Assembly: GCA_041497895.1 (NCBI GenBank)
Contig: JBGQHJ010000025.1
Coordinates: 1 to 40,846, forward strand
DNA length: 40,846 nt
Reading direction: 5' to 3'
Origin: Candidatus Methylomirabilia bacterium
GTDB taxonomy: Bacteria; Methylomirabilota; Methylomirabilia; Rokubacteriales; CSP1-6
In this document: positions 20,881-32,832 of the stretch, in pieces
Numbering within the stretch: position 1 is the stretch's first letter
Layout: every line of letters starts with the position of its first letter
The notes under the pieces: model-generated
The model's database searches: none
The model's input: only the letters and a program-made list of their open reading frames with translations
What the model was told of the DNA's origin: nothing
Translations under genes and position numbers: made by a program

Positions 20881-23345
20881 TCAGCCCTCCTTGTGGCCGG
20901 CGTGCGCGGGCGACCAGGGCTCCACCGGCTCCGCCGTTGCCGGGATGATCAAGCCGGGCTTCTCCACGCGCATCTCCTTGAGGCGCTCGACGTTGGCGAT
21001 CAGGGCGCGCTCCACCGCCGCGTTGACGCTGCCCTCCGGGAAGCGGCCGTCGGCGCCTCGCTCGCCGGCCTCCCGGCCGGTCAGCAGGGCCAGGCCCTCG
21101 TCCACCGTCTTGATCGCGTACACGTGGAAATGCTCCGCGCGTACCGCCTCGACCACGTCGCGCCGGAGCATCAGATGCCGGACGTTGGCCTCCGGGATCA
21201 GCACGCCCTGACAGCCGGTGAGGCCGCGGAGCTGGCAGACGTCGAAGAACCCCTCGATCTTCTCGTTCACGCCACCGATCGGCTGGATCTCCCCGCGCTG
21301 GTTCACCGAGCCGGTGACCGCGACGGCCTGATCGAGCGGCATCTCGGTGAGGCTCGAGAGCAGCGCGTACAGCTCGGCGGAGGACGCGCTGTCGCCCTCG
21401 ACCTCCTCGTACTGCTGCTCGAAGGCGATCGAGGCCGACAGGGCCAGTGGGCGCTCCCGGGCGTAGCGTCCCGCCACGTAGCCCGCCAGGATCATCACGC
21501 CCTTGGAATGGATGGGCCCTCCCAGCTTGGCTTCACGCTCGATGTCGACCACCCCCGGCTCGCCCGCGTAGGTCCGCGCGGTGATGCGCGAGGGACGGCC
21601 GAAGACGTGGTCGCCCAGCGCCAGCACCGAGATGCCGTTGAGCTGTCCCACCGCGCGGCCGTCGGTGTCGATGAGCAGGGTGCCCTCGGTGATGATCCGG
21701 CGCGTGCGCTCCTCCAGGAGGTTGGCGCGATAGGTCTTCTGTTCGATCGAGTGATCCACGTCGTCGGCCCCGACGAGCGGGTGGCCGCGCTGGCCGGCCC
21801 AGAAAGAGGACTCGCGGACCAGGTCCAGCACGTCGCCCAACCGCGACGTGAGACGCCGTTGATCGCCGATGAGCCGGCTGCAGTGCTCGATGAGCCGGGC
21901 GATCCCGTCCGGGGCGAAGGGAAGCAGCCCGTCGTCCCGGCACACGTTGCCGACGAACCGCGCGTAGAGCAGCTCGAACTCCGGCGTGCGCGGCAGCGAG
22001 TCGTCGAAGTCCACCTTCACCTTGAACAGCTCGTGGAAATCCTCGTCGAGCGCCGACAGCAGGTAGTAGAGGATCGGGCTGCCGATCAGCACCACCTTGA
22101 CCGAGAGCGGAATCGGCTGGGGCGCGAGCCCGGCGCTGGTGGCCAGCCGCCACTCCTCCAGGGGATCCTCGATCCGGATCGACCGTGTCTTGAGCGCCTT
22201 CTTGAGCGCATCCCAGACCAGCGGGTTGCGGAGCACGTCGAGCGCGTCGAGGACCAGGTAGCCCCCGTTCGCGCGGTGCAGCGCCCCCGCCCGGATGAGG
22301 CTGAAGTCCGTGACCAGGGTGCCGAAGTGCACGCGGTGCTCGGTGCGCCCCATCAGGTTGCCGTAGGTCGGATTCGGCTCCAGCACCACCGGCGCGCCGG
22401 TGAGCCCGTGGCGGTCGACCAGGACGTTGACCTCGTAGCGGTCGAGGAAGCGGCCGGGGGCCGGCATGAACGGCAGTGCCGGCTGCGTCTCGGCGGGGGC
22501 GCGGAACTCCTCGGCGTGGGACACCAGGTCCTGCTCCACCTCGGCCAGGTATCGCTCGACGTCGGGGAGCCCCGCGAACTCCTCCCGGAGCTCCTGGAAC
22601 AGCGGCCGCACCGCCGCCGCCGCCACCTCGTGGACCAGTCGCTCGTGCGCATCGCGGGCCTCCCGCTCGAGCTGCCGGACCCGCCGCAGGGACGTCTCCA
22701 TCTGCTGCTCGACGACCGCTCCCGCGCGCTGCATCTCCTGCTTCGTCGACTCGGGCAGCGCCGCGTACTCGGCGGGGCTCAGCGGCCCGCCGTTGGGCGC
22801 GGGCGCCAGGGCCATCCCGGCCGGGGTGCGGAGCACCGCGAAACGCTGGGCGCCGGCGACCTCCTCCAGCTTCGCCATCTCCTCCCGCTGACGCCGGCCC
22901 AGGTCCTCGAGGATGCGGGCCTTCTGCTGCTCGAACTCCTCGCTCTCGAAGGCTCGCGGCAGCCGCGTCCGGCACTCCTCGGCGAGCCGCCGCATTTGCT
23001 CGCGGAGCCCGCGCCCCCGTCCGGCCGGTATTTCGAGCGCGGTGGGTCGGTAGGGATCAGATCCGCGAAGTTGTGGACGTAGCAGTAGTCGGGCGGCACC
23101 GCCTCGCGCTCGGCGGCCCGGGCCAGCACGCGCTTCATCGACGACGTCTTGCCGGTCCGCGAGGGCCCGAGGACGAAGAGGTTGTAGCCGGCGTGACGCA
23201 TGCCGACACCGAACGCGGTGGCGGTCGCCGCGCGCTCCTGCCCGATCAGCCCGTCCACCGGCGGCAGCTCGGCGGTGGACCGGAACGGGAGCGTGGCGGG
23301 ATCGCAGATCGCGCGCAGCTCGGAATGGGTCAGCCGACGGGTCAT
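20881..23345 (-). pseudogene. LonC/YcbZ-type ATP-dependent protease interrupted by a 5-nt insertion at 23055-23063
   Basis: The 5' ORF (IGQERA..GYNLFVLG..GK..DYCYVHNF) and 3' ORF (GALHRANGGYL, GDSAS Ser, GGVNEKIEGFF Lys) join in frame as ..HNFADPYRPTALEIPAGRG.. if 5 nt are removed. Confidence 0.85.
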
Positions 23346-23355
23346 GGCCGGTGGC

Positions 23356-24201
23356 CTACCACTCCCGGGTCCCCACCGGCTCGACCAGGGCCCGGTACGA
23401 TCCGGCCGCCGCGACGTGGGCGAGCGGGTTGCCCGCCAGGAAGGGGACGGGGGCGCCCCGATAGGAGACGACGTCGAACGGGAAGAGCGGGCCGCCCGCG
23501 GGAGACGTGATGCGGCCGCCGGCCTCGAGAAGGATCGCCGCCCCCGCGGCCAGGTCCCAGAGCGCGGCCTTGTGGTCGAGGATCAAATCGATCGCCCCGA
23601 GCGCGGCGAAGGCCAGGTGGAGCGCGACCGAGCCGAAGCTACGGAGCTTGTACTCGCGCAGCCACTGCGAGACGAGAGGCTCGCGTTCGGGCTCCAGCGG
23701 GACTCGCACGCTCACGTTGGAGGCGGGACCGAGTGCTCGCGGCATGAGCACGAGACGCCGACCGGCCGAGAAGGCCCCGTGTCCTCGGAGTCCGCAGCAG
23801 CGGAACCCGGTATTCGGGTCGTGGATGACCCCCGCGTACGGCTCGCCGCGGCGGAAGATCCCCAGCGACACCGCGAAGCAGGGGATACCGAGCGCATAGT
23901 TGTTGGTACCGTCCAGGGGGTCGACGATCCACGCGAACTCGCGGTCCACGGTGCAGCGAGGCTCGTCCTCTTCGGCCACGATGGCGTCGGCGGGAAAGCG
24001 GCTCCGTATCGCCGAAACGATCTCGGCCTGCATCCGGAGATCCATCTCGGTCACCCGGTCGCCGGGCCCCTTCCAGCGGACCGCCGTCTCCCACTGCCCG
24101 GCGACCGCCCGACGCCCGGCGTCCTCGGCGAGCATCAGGGCGAGAGATACGCGGGGGTCCCCAGCGATATCCGCCGGGAGCCCGTCCGAGGCGGGGGTCA
24201 C
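23356..24201 (-). CDS. Inositol monophosphatase (FIG superfamily) protein
   Basis: AEE, WIVDPLDGTNNY, RSFGS and WDLAAG motifs. GTGA overlap with the upstream gene. Confidence 0.9.
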   Translation of the reverse strand: MTPASDGLPADIAGDPRVSLALMLAEDAGRRAVAGQWETAVRWKGPGDRVTEMDLRMQAEIVSAIRSRFPADAIVAEEDEPRCTVDREFAWIVDPLDGTNNYALGIPCFAVSLGIFRRGEPYAGVIHDPNTGFRCCGLRGHGAFSAGRRLVLMPRALGPASNVSVRVPLEPEREPLVSQWLREYKLRSFGSVALHLAFAALGAIDLILDHKAALWDLAAGAAILLEAGGRITSPAGGPLFPFDVVSYRGAPVPFLAGNPLAHVAAAGSYRALVEPVGTREW

Positions 24202-25325
24202 AGCGGGTAGCGAAGCTCGGCCGCGACCCCGCCTGCCGCGGCAAGCGGCTGGTGGACCTCGATGGTCTCCACGGTTCCTCCGCTGGCGACGACCCGATCG
24301 GCCATCGCCTCGCCCAGCTCCAGCGTCTCCGCCTCTCCACCGCAGGCCGGGCAGGTCCAGGCGAAGCTGCCCTGGAGCGTCCCACAGCCACCGCAGCGCC
24401 GGCCCGGCGCGCTCCACCCCTTGAGGAGATAGAGGCGGTGCACCGCGCCGCGATTGACGGCCTCCAGGGTGGCGTCGAGACCGGCGGCCGCCTTGCCGTG
24501 CTTGGCCGCCGCGGTCAGGACGCCGTCGACGCCCTCGGCCTCGCGCTGCCCTTCCACGTGTGGAAGATACGCGGCCGCCCGCGCGACGATGCGCCCCATC
24601 CCCTCGTGCTGCGCTCCGGCCACGATCCCCACGATGAAGGCGGCGAGGCGCGGGGGGAGCTCCCGCCGGAACAGCGCCACGTTGCGCGGCTCGCCGGCGA
24701 GCACGATCCGCCGCACGCCGTGGCCGTCCACCAGCGCGGTCAGGGTTTCCACCACCGCATCGAAATGTCGCGCCCGGTGATCCTGGATGTGGCGGCGGTA
24801 CCGTGATTGCGCCAGCTGCGCCCAGCCGCCCCGGCTGTGGTGACCCGGCACGTCGGACCGGAGCGCCACCTCCTCGCCCGCGCCGGCCGCGGTGAGCGTG
24901 ACGAGCCGCGCGCTCTCCGTGTCGATGAACACGACCAGCGTGGTCGGCGCGCTCGCGTCGAGCTCCGTGAGCGGACGCAGGAGCGGGGTCTCGCCCACCG
25001 CGAACACGTTCTCGAACGGCACCCGGCTCGGCAGCATCTCGCGGAGCCCCAGCGCCTCGCACGCGAAGAGGGCCACGCCGCCCGCGTCGGGCAGCGAGGA
25101 CTGGTCGAGCAGGGCCGCGCCCTGCGCTTCGATCCAGTCCAGATCCGCCTGGGCAGCCCGCGGACGGGAGGCGCGCCGGGCCTCCGCCAGCTCGTTCTTG
25201 AGAAAGATCCGGACACGGTCCCGCTGATGCTCGTCCGCCCACCGGGTGCCCAGATAGACGGTGACCACCGGCGTGGAGGCCGGTCCGATCCGTCCCAGCG
25301 CGGCCACTCGCCCGCTCAGGTCCAT
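24198..25325 (-). CDS. Bacterial aeRF1-like protein (baeRF1/Balon/Rv2629-like) with C-terminal zinc ribbon
   Basis: VVTVYL, GVALFA, GHHSRGGWAQ..RYRRH, IVLAG, GLDATLEAVNRGAV..L, CxxC..CxxC and GGVAAELRY, an eRF1 domain 1-2-3 layout. Confidence 0.85.
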   Translation of the reverse strand: MDLSGRVAALGRIGPASTPVVTVYLGTRWADEHQRDRVRIFLKNELAEARRASRPRAAQADLDWIEAQGAALLDQSSLPDAGGVALFACEALGLREMLPSRVPFENVFAVGETPLLRPLTELDASAPTTLVVFIDTESARLVTLTAAGAGEEVALRSDVPGHHSRGGWAQLAQSRYRRHIQDHRARHFDAVVETLTALVDGHGVRRIVLAGEPRNVALFRRELPPRLAAFIVGIVAGAQHEGMGRIVARAAAYLPHVEGQREAEGVDGVLTAAAKHGKAAAGLDATLEAVNRGAVHRLYLLKGWSAPGRRCGGCGTLQGSFAWTCPACGGEAETLELGEAMADRVVASGGTVETIEVHQPLAAAGGVAAELRYPL

Positions 25326-25337
25326 GGGTGGCCTCGC

Positions 25338-25739
25338 CTACCCGCGGCGCGGCCGCTTCGGGGAACGCGTCCCTCCACCCGCCAGCGCGCGACTGGCCGC
25401 GAAGTACTTCTTGGGATGACGCTTGTTCTCCCGCTCCCGCTCGTAGTACCGCTCGAGCTGGCGCTCGAGGACGCCAATGGCCGCGTCGAAGGCGAGCCGT
25501 GGGGTCACCGCGCTCCGCTCCACGCGGATGCTCGGCCGGTACGGCAGCCGCACGGTCAGCGCGCAGCGCATGGCCCGCCCGCCCTTCGGCCCGTTGTCGT
25601 CGAAGAACACGGCCTGGCTCCGGACCGGCCTCACCGTGATCCGCTCCACCGCGCCCGTCATGAGCTTCGCAACGCGGGCGCGGAGGACCGCGTCGCGCTC
25701 GATGCCACTGATCCGAACCGCTCCGACTTCCTCTGTCAT
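25338..25739 (-). CDS. HPF/RaiA-family ribosome-associated protein
   Basis: DDNGPKGGRAMRC..V...AFDAA...LERQL, a Ribosomal S30AE-like pattern. AAGGAG RBS. Confidence 0.78.
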   Translation of the reverse strand: MTEEVGAVRISGIERDAVLRARVAKLMTGAVERITVRPVRSQAVFFDDNGPKGGRAMRCALTVRLPYRPSIRVERSAVTPRLAFDAAIGVLERQLERYYERERENKRHPKKYFAASRALAGGGTRSPKRPRRG

Positions 25740-25787
25740 ATGGGCTCCTTGGTCGGCGGCGACATGCCCGCGCCGCCCTTCAAGAGG

Positions 25788-25803
25788 AGCAACCACGGTG
25801 CCA
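25788..25803 (-). promoter_or_regulatory. Sigma54 -24/-12 promoter (P6) for hpf-baeRF1-IMPase-lon
   Basis: Minus strand reads TGGCACCGTGGTTGCT. Confidence 0.9.
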
Positions 25804-25813
25804 AAGAACTCGG

Positions 25814-28453
<2,640 letters not shown>

Positions 28454-28482
28454 CGGCCGGACCCGCTACAATGGCGGCGCCG

Positions 28483-29052
28483 ATGGCGGCGTACCCCAGC
28501 GAGCTCGAGCGCGAGGTGGTCCTGCGGGACGGGACGCATATCCGCCTGCGGCCGATCCGCCCCGAGGACCAGGATCGGCTGATCACGTTCTACGACCGCC
28601 TGAGCCGGCACACCGCCTACCAGCGCTTCTTCAGCGTCATGCGACGTCTGCCTCCCGACTGGGCCCACCTGCTCGCCAACGTGGACTACCAGACCCGGCT
28701 GGCGTTGCTGGCCGAGCACGGCGACCCCGCGACGCCCACGCTGATCGGCGTGGCCCGCTACGAGCCCACCGACCAGCCGGACACCGCCGAGATCGCCTTC
28801 GTGATCCAGGACGAGTGGCAGAACCGCGGGCTCGGCACCATCATGCTCGAGGCGCTGCTCGCGGCGGCGGACGCCCGCGGGATCCGGCGCTTCCGTGCCT
28901 ACGTGCTCGCGAGCAACTCGCGGATGCTCGACCTCTTCGCGCGCTTCACCGACGTGCGCGAGCGCAAGACCGAGAGCGGCGTGACCGACCTGCTTCTCAT
29001 CCGCCGGCGGGCGCCCGCGCCGGGCCGCCACCCGGCTTCCGGACGACGCTAG
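28483..29052 (+). CDS. Stand-alone GNAT acetyltransferase (Pat-type GNAT domain)
   Basis: LRDG..IRLRPIRPED..RFF..NVDY..IGVARY..AEIAFVIQDEWQNRGLG..N.RML. TACAAT at 28467 favours ATG 28483 over 28471. Confidence 0.88.
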   Translation: MAAYPSELEREVVLRDGTHIRLRPIRPEDQDRLITFYDRLSRHTAYQRFFSVMRRLPPDWAHLLANVDYQTRLALLAEHGDPATPTLIGVARYEPTDQPDTAEIAFVIQDEWQNRGLGTIMLEALLAAADARGIRRFRAYVLASNSRMLDLFARFTDVRERKTESGVTDLLLIRRRAPAPGRHPASGRR

Positions 29053-29651
29053 GGACCGGGAAAGCCGTAAGGATACCATCCGAGAGGACTCCAGCCGGCG
29101 GGATCGCGAACGAACCACGCGGGTCCGAAGTAGAGGTGCGGCGCGAGCCGGGCTTCCTGGACGTCCTGGTACCACCGGGCCTCGTCGTCGAGGCTCTCGC
29201 GCACGAAGTCGCGAATCTCCGCCGAAAGCGCGGCACCCCGCAGGAGTCCCAGCGCCCGACCCGCCTGCGCGGCGATCCGCGGATGCATGTCGAGCTCCAG
29301 CAGCGCCCCGAGCTGTCCCGCCGCCAGATCCTGGCTTCCGAGAGCCAGGTAGCCGAGGGCAAGGTACAGTCGCGTATCGGCGCGATCCGGAGCGACGAGC
29401 ACCGCGCGCCCGAGCGAAGCGACCGCGGCGTCGAACGAGCCCTGGCGGTACCGGGCCAGCCCGAGGCCGAACAGGGCCTCGGGCCGGTCCGGATGCGCGG
29501 CGAGGGCCTCGGTGAACCTCGCGCTGGCCTCCTCGTAGCGCCCTTCCTGCAGGGCGACCTCGCCCGATCGGTAGGCGGTGGCGCATCCGGTGAGCAGCCA
29601 GATCAGGCCGGCCGCCAGGCCCGCCCGGTGGCGCCGGGCGCGCCAGCTCAC
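29049..29651 (-). CDS. TPR-repeat lipoprotein
   Basis: GTG start overlapping the CBS stop, lipobox LTGC, TPR-like repeats (EALFGLGLARYRQG..A) and an aromatic/Pro-rich tail. Confidence 0.75.
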   Translation of the reverse strand: MSWRARRHRAGLAAGLIWLLTGCATAYRSGEVALQEGRYEEASARFTEALAAHPDRPEALFGLGLARYRQGSFDAAVASLGRAVLVAPDRADTRLYLALGYLALGSQDLAAGQLGALLELDMHPRIAAQAGRALGLLRGAALSAEIRDFVRESLDDEARWYQDVQEARLAPHLYFGPAWFVRDPAGWSPLGWYPYGFPGP

Positions 29652-30106
29652 GGGAACGAGACAATGACCTCCGCGCACGCGGGCGTCCGGCTCGTGTCGG
29701 CCCGGACGATGTGGCGAAGGACGTCGGCTTCCGTGATGATCCCGACCACCCGGCCGCCGTCCATCACCGGGAGCGAGCCCACCCGGTGCTTGCGCATCGT
29801 CCACGCCGCCTCCGAGACGGTCTCCTCCGGCGCGACCGTGATCACGTCGGTCGACATGATCTCGGCCACGTGGGTACCGGACAGCAGCACGTCGACCGGG
29901 GTCGAGCCGAGCGCGTCGAAGAGCCGCGGCGCGAAGAGGTGATGCCGCAGGTCGCGGTCCGTCACGATCCCCACCAGCAGTCCCTCGCGGCTCACCACCG
30001 GCAGATGTCGCACCCGGGCGCCCTGCATCCGCGTCACCGCCTCCAGGCACGACTCTCCCGTGCCGATCGTCACCACCTGCCGGCTCATCAGCTCTCTCAC
30101 CTGCAT
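29648..30106 (-). CDS. CBS-domain pair protein
   Basis: VRELMS..RHLPVV..GIVTDRD and GSLPV..GIITEAD. AAGGAGG RBS. Confidence 0.9.
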   Translation of the reverse strand: MQVRELMSRQVVTIGTGESCLEAVTRMQGARVRHLPVVSREGLLVGIVTDRDLRHHLFAPRLFDALGSTPVDVLLSGTHVAEIMSTDVITVAPEETVSEAAWTMRKHRVGSLPVMDGGRVVGIITEADVLRHIVRADTSRTPACAEVIVSFP

Positions 30107-30125
30107 GGAATCCTCCTTGGCTGGC

Positions 30126-30218
30126 TCAGCGCCGGTTCCTCCACCACACCACCAGCGCGCCCAACAGGACGACGACGCCCAGCACGATGATCCAGTGATC
30201 CCGGATCGGCTCGATCAT
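30126..30218 (-). CDS. Small single-pass membrane protein (30 aa)
   Basis: MIEPIRDHWIIVLGVVVLLGALVVWWRNRR. ATGA-coupled to the response regulator and fills the intergenic gap. Confidence 0.7.
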   Translation of the reverse strand: MIEPIRDHWIIVLGVVVLLGALVVWWRNRR

Positions 30219-30619
30219 GTCGCGGTCTCCGTGTTGTCGCCGTCGCGGAAGCTCGAGCGGACGGCGGCCAGCAGCCCCGCCGCCGCGAACGGCTTGGCCA
30301 GGAACGTGGTCGCTCCGGCCGCGAGGGCGGCCTGACGGGTCTCCGCCGACGGGTAGCCGGTCACCACGATGACCGACGGAGGCTCGGGCATGCTCCGCGC
30401 GGCCCGCACCACATCGAGGCCGCTGCCGTCCGGCAGCCGCAGATCCGAGATGACCAGGTCGGGCCGCTCGCGCACCACCGCGGCCACGCCGTCGGCCCGC
30501 GTCGTCGCCACGATCACGAGGAACCCGTGGCGCCGGAGCAGCCGCTCGTAGGTGGCCAGGAAGTCGCCCTCGTCGTCCACGACCAGCACCCGCCGGGGCG
30601 CGGTCCCGTCGGGCATCAT
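30215..30619 (-). CDS. Single-domain response regulator (CheY-like receiver)
   Basis: VLVVDDE, DLVISDLRLPD, VTG and FLAKPF. ATGA overlap. Confidence 0.9.
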   Translation of the reverse strand: MMPDGTAPRRVLVVDDEGDFLATYERLLRRHGFLVIVATTRADGVAAVVRERPDLVISDLRLPDGSGLDVVRAARSMPEPPSVIVVTGYPSAETRQAALAAGATTFLAKPFAAAGLLAAVRSSFRDGDNTETAT

Positions 30620-31731
30620 GGCGTTCCGGCCCGCGCCGGGCTTCCGGCCAGCCTCTGGATCACGAACAGCACCCGCTCGGCGGCGGCGTGAGGATCGTAC
30701 ACGTCGGTCCGGATCGCCAGATCGGGCCGCACGGATTCCTCGTAGTCGAGCACGATGTCCGGCCGGGGTGCCGCCGGGGCCGCGGGCGCCTCGAACGTCA
30801 GGCCCCAGCGCACCGCGCGCTCCCGCTCGAGGCAGATCTCGATCGGGCAGAGCAGCTGCACCTCGGCGAAGCACGGGATCAGCTCACGCGCGGCCTCGCG
30901 CCAGGCACGGCGCCCCGCGGTGGCGTCCACCACGACCGACAGGCCGGCCTCGGTGAGCAGCTTCGCGGTGTAGGCCAGCACGCGATGGACCAGGTCCTGC
31001 TCGGCGTCGTCGCCCGGCCGGCCGTCCAGGAGAAACCGCTGCACCGGGCTCAGGTCGAGGAGACGCACGGGGGTGCCCCGCTCCCGCAGGGCCTGCGTTA
31101 CCCGCTGGGCGAGGGTGCTCTTGCCGCTCCCGGGTCGGCCGGTGATCCAGATGGCCCAGCCGGCCTCCTTCTCCCGCGTGGCCCCGGTCCCGGCGGCCCG
31201 CGCGAGCCCTTCGACCAGCCGGACGACTCGCCCGGCTGCATCGTCGACGGTCAACTGGCTCGTGTCGATCAGCAGCTCGGGAGCCAGGGCCGGCTCGTAG
31301 GGAACGTCCACGCCGGGCACGGTGGCCCCCGGACGCCCGGCCTGCCGGTAGATGTCGCGGGGGGCGTGGCCGGCCGCTCGGGTGCGCTCCCGCTCCTGGC
31401 AGATCTCGAACGGACAGACGAGCTGCACCTCGGCAAAGCGCGGGACCGCGGCGCGTACCAGGTCGCGCCACGCGCGTCGGTGGGCGGTGGCATCGATCAG
31501 GACCGGCGTGTCCGCCTCGACCAGCGTGACCGCCATGTAGCCGAGCGCGCGGTAGACGATCTCGCGCTCGCGATCCGTGTAGGTGGGCGCGGGCGTGATG
31601 GCCTTCCGGATCTCGTCGAGCTCGAGCCGCTTGATCGGCTGCCCTTGCTCCTCGAGCCGGGCCGTGGTGGCCCGCGCGATGGCCGACTTGCCGCTGCCGG
31701 GAGGCCCGGTGATCCAGACCGCCCAGCTCAT
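30616..31731 (-). CDS. Tandem adenylyl-sulfate-kinase-like P-loop kinase
   Basis: Two repeats of W.TG.PGSGKS...DAT..RRAWR...FAEVQL.CP.EIC.ERE. ATGA overlap. Confidence 0.82.
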   Translation of the reverse strand: MSWAVWITGPPGSGKSAIARATTARLEEQGQPIKRLELDEIRKAITPAPTYTDREREIVYRALGYMAVTLVEADTPVLIDATAHRRAWRDLVRAAVPRFAEVQLVCPFEICQERERTRAAGHAPRDIYRQAGRPGATVPGVDVPYEPALAPELLIDTSQLTVDDAAGRVVRLVEGLARAAGTGATREKEAGWAIWITGRPGSGKSTLAQRVTQALRERGTPVRLLDLSPVQRFLLDGRPGDDAEQDLVHRVLAYTAKLLTEAGLSVVVDATAGRRAWREAARELIPCFAEVQLLCPIEICLERERAVRWGLTFEAPAAPAAPRPDIVLDYEESVRPDLAIRTDVYDPHAAAERVLFVIQRLAGSPARAGTP

Positions 31732-32828
31732 GTGCCGCTCTCGAGCAGCTCCAGCAGCCGCCCGGGCACGAGCGGACCACCCGCCATCAGAGCGCGGGCG
31801 AAGCCCAGCAGCGCGGCCCGGGTCCGCGGGTCGAGGTGGGGATACCAGCGGGGATGGCCGATGACCAGCGCGCGGAACGCGAGGAACGGCGGGATCACGT
31901 CCCAGAGCTCCTCGTCCCGGGTCTCCCCGAGATAGGCGTCGAGGAAGGCGTGGCACAGGGAGACGAACGGCTCCGCCACGCCGCGCCGTCCGTCCGCCGC
32001 CGCCTTCCGGAGGCCGAAGAACAGGTAGTTGATGCCGAGCGCGCTCACGTCGTCGGCCGGCTCGCCCCACTCCCCCCGGCTCCGGTCGAGCACCGAGAAA
32101 TCGGTCCCGTCGCGGAACAGGAGGTTCCAGGGATGGAAATCGCCGTGCGCCTGGGCCAGCCGGTGGTTGCGCCCGCGCAGCCGCCAGCGCCACGAGATCG
32201 CGTCGTGCTCGAGCGCCTCGCAGACGTGCGGCAGGAGCGGAGGATAGGGATGCGGGTAGCTGTCGAGGATGCCCATGAGACACTCGCCGTGCCCCACCAG
32301 CTCGCGGATGCGGCGCTCGTAGAGCGTGGGCTCGTCCCGCTTGACCGCGTGCACGCGGGCGAGGAAGCAGCCGAGCTCCCGGGCCCGGGCCGTGTCGAGG
32401 CTCCGGAGCGGCGCGGTCAGCAGCCGGTCGAGGTCGAGCCAGTAGAGCTTCCCCTCCGCCTTCTCGACGAGCTGGAAGAACTCGGTGGCGTCCCCCGCCG
32501 AGACGAGCGCGCCCGACGGCCGTGCGAAGCCCACGTCGAGACTCCGCACGTGACCGGGAAAGCTGTTGTAGGCGACGTGTCCGTAGAGGGCCTGCCACGC
32601 GCGGTCCGCCGGGTAGTCGTGCCCGAAGCCCTGGACCACCCGGGTACGGGCGACCACGAGGCTCCGCACCGTCCCGCCGACCACGCACTCGACCTCGAAG
32701 GGCACCCCGTAGCCGAAGCCCTTCGGATCCTTGCCTCCTGCGTCGGGCCCGCCCAGCGGCCGCACGCCCAGCACTTCCACCGGCTCCGTGAATACCGAGG
32801 CCAAGTAGGACGCGAGGGCGGCTTCCAC
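31728..32828 (-). CDS. Aminoglycoside-phosphotransferase-like kinase
   Basis: Brenner motif HGDFHPWN, then VLDRS..GEPADD. GTG start inferred at 32828. Confidence 0.82.
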   Translation of the reverse strand: MEAALASYLASVFTEPVEVLGVRPLGGPDAGGKDPKGFGYGVPFEVECVVGGTVRSLVVARTRVVQGFGHDYPADRAWQALYGHVAYNSFPGHVRSLDVGFARPSGALVSAGDATEFFQLVEKAEGKLYWLDLDRLLTAPLRSLDTARARELGCFLARVHAVKRDEPTLYERRIRELVGHGECLMGILDSYPHPYPPLLPHVCEALEHDAISWRWRLRGRNHRLAQAHGDFHPWNLLFRDGTDFSVLDRSRGEWGEPADDVSALGINYLFFGLRKAAADGRRGVAEPFVSLCHAFLDAYLGETRDEELWDVIPPFLAFRALVIGHPRWYPHLDPRTRAALLGFARALMAGGPLVPGRLLELLESGT

Positions 32829-32832
32829 TCGG

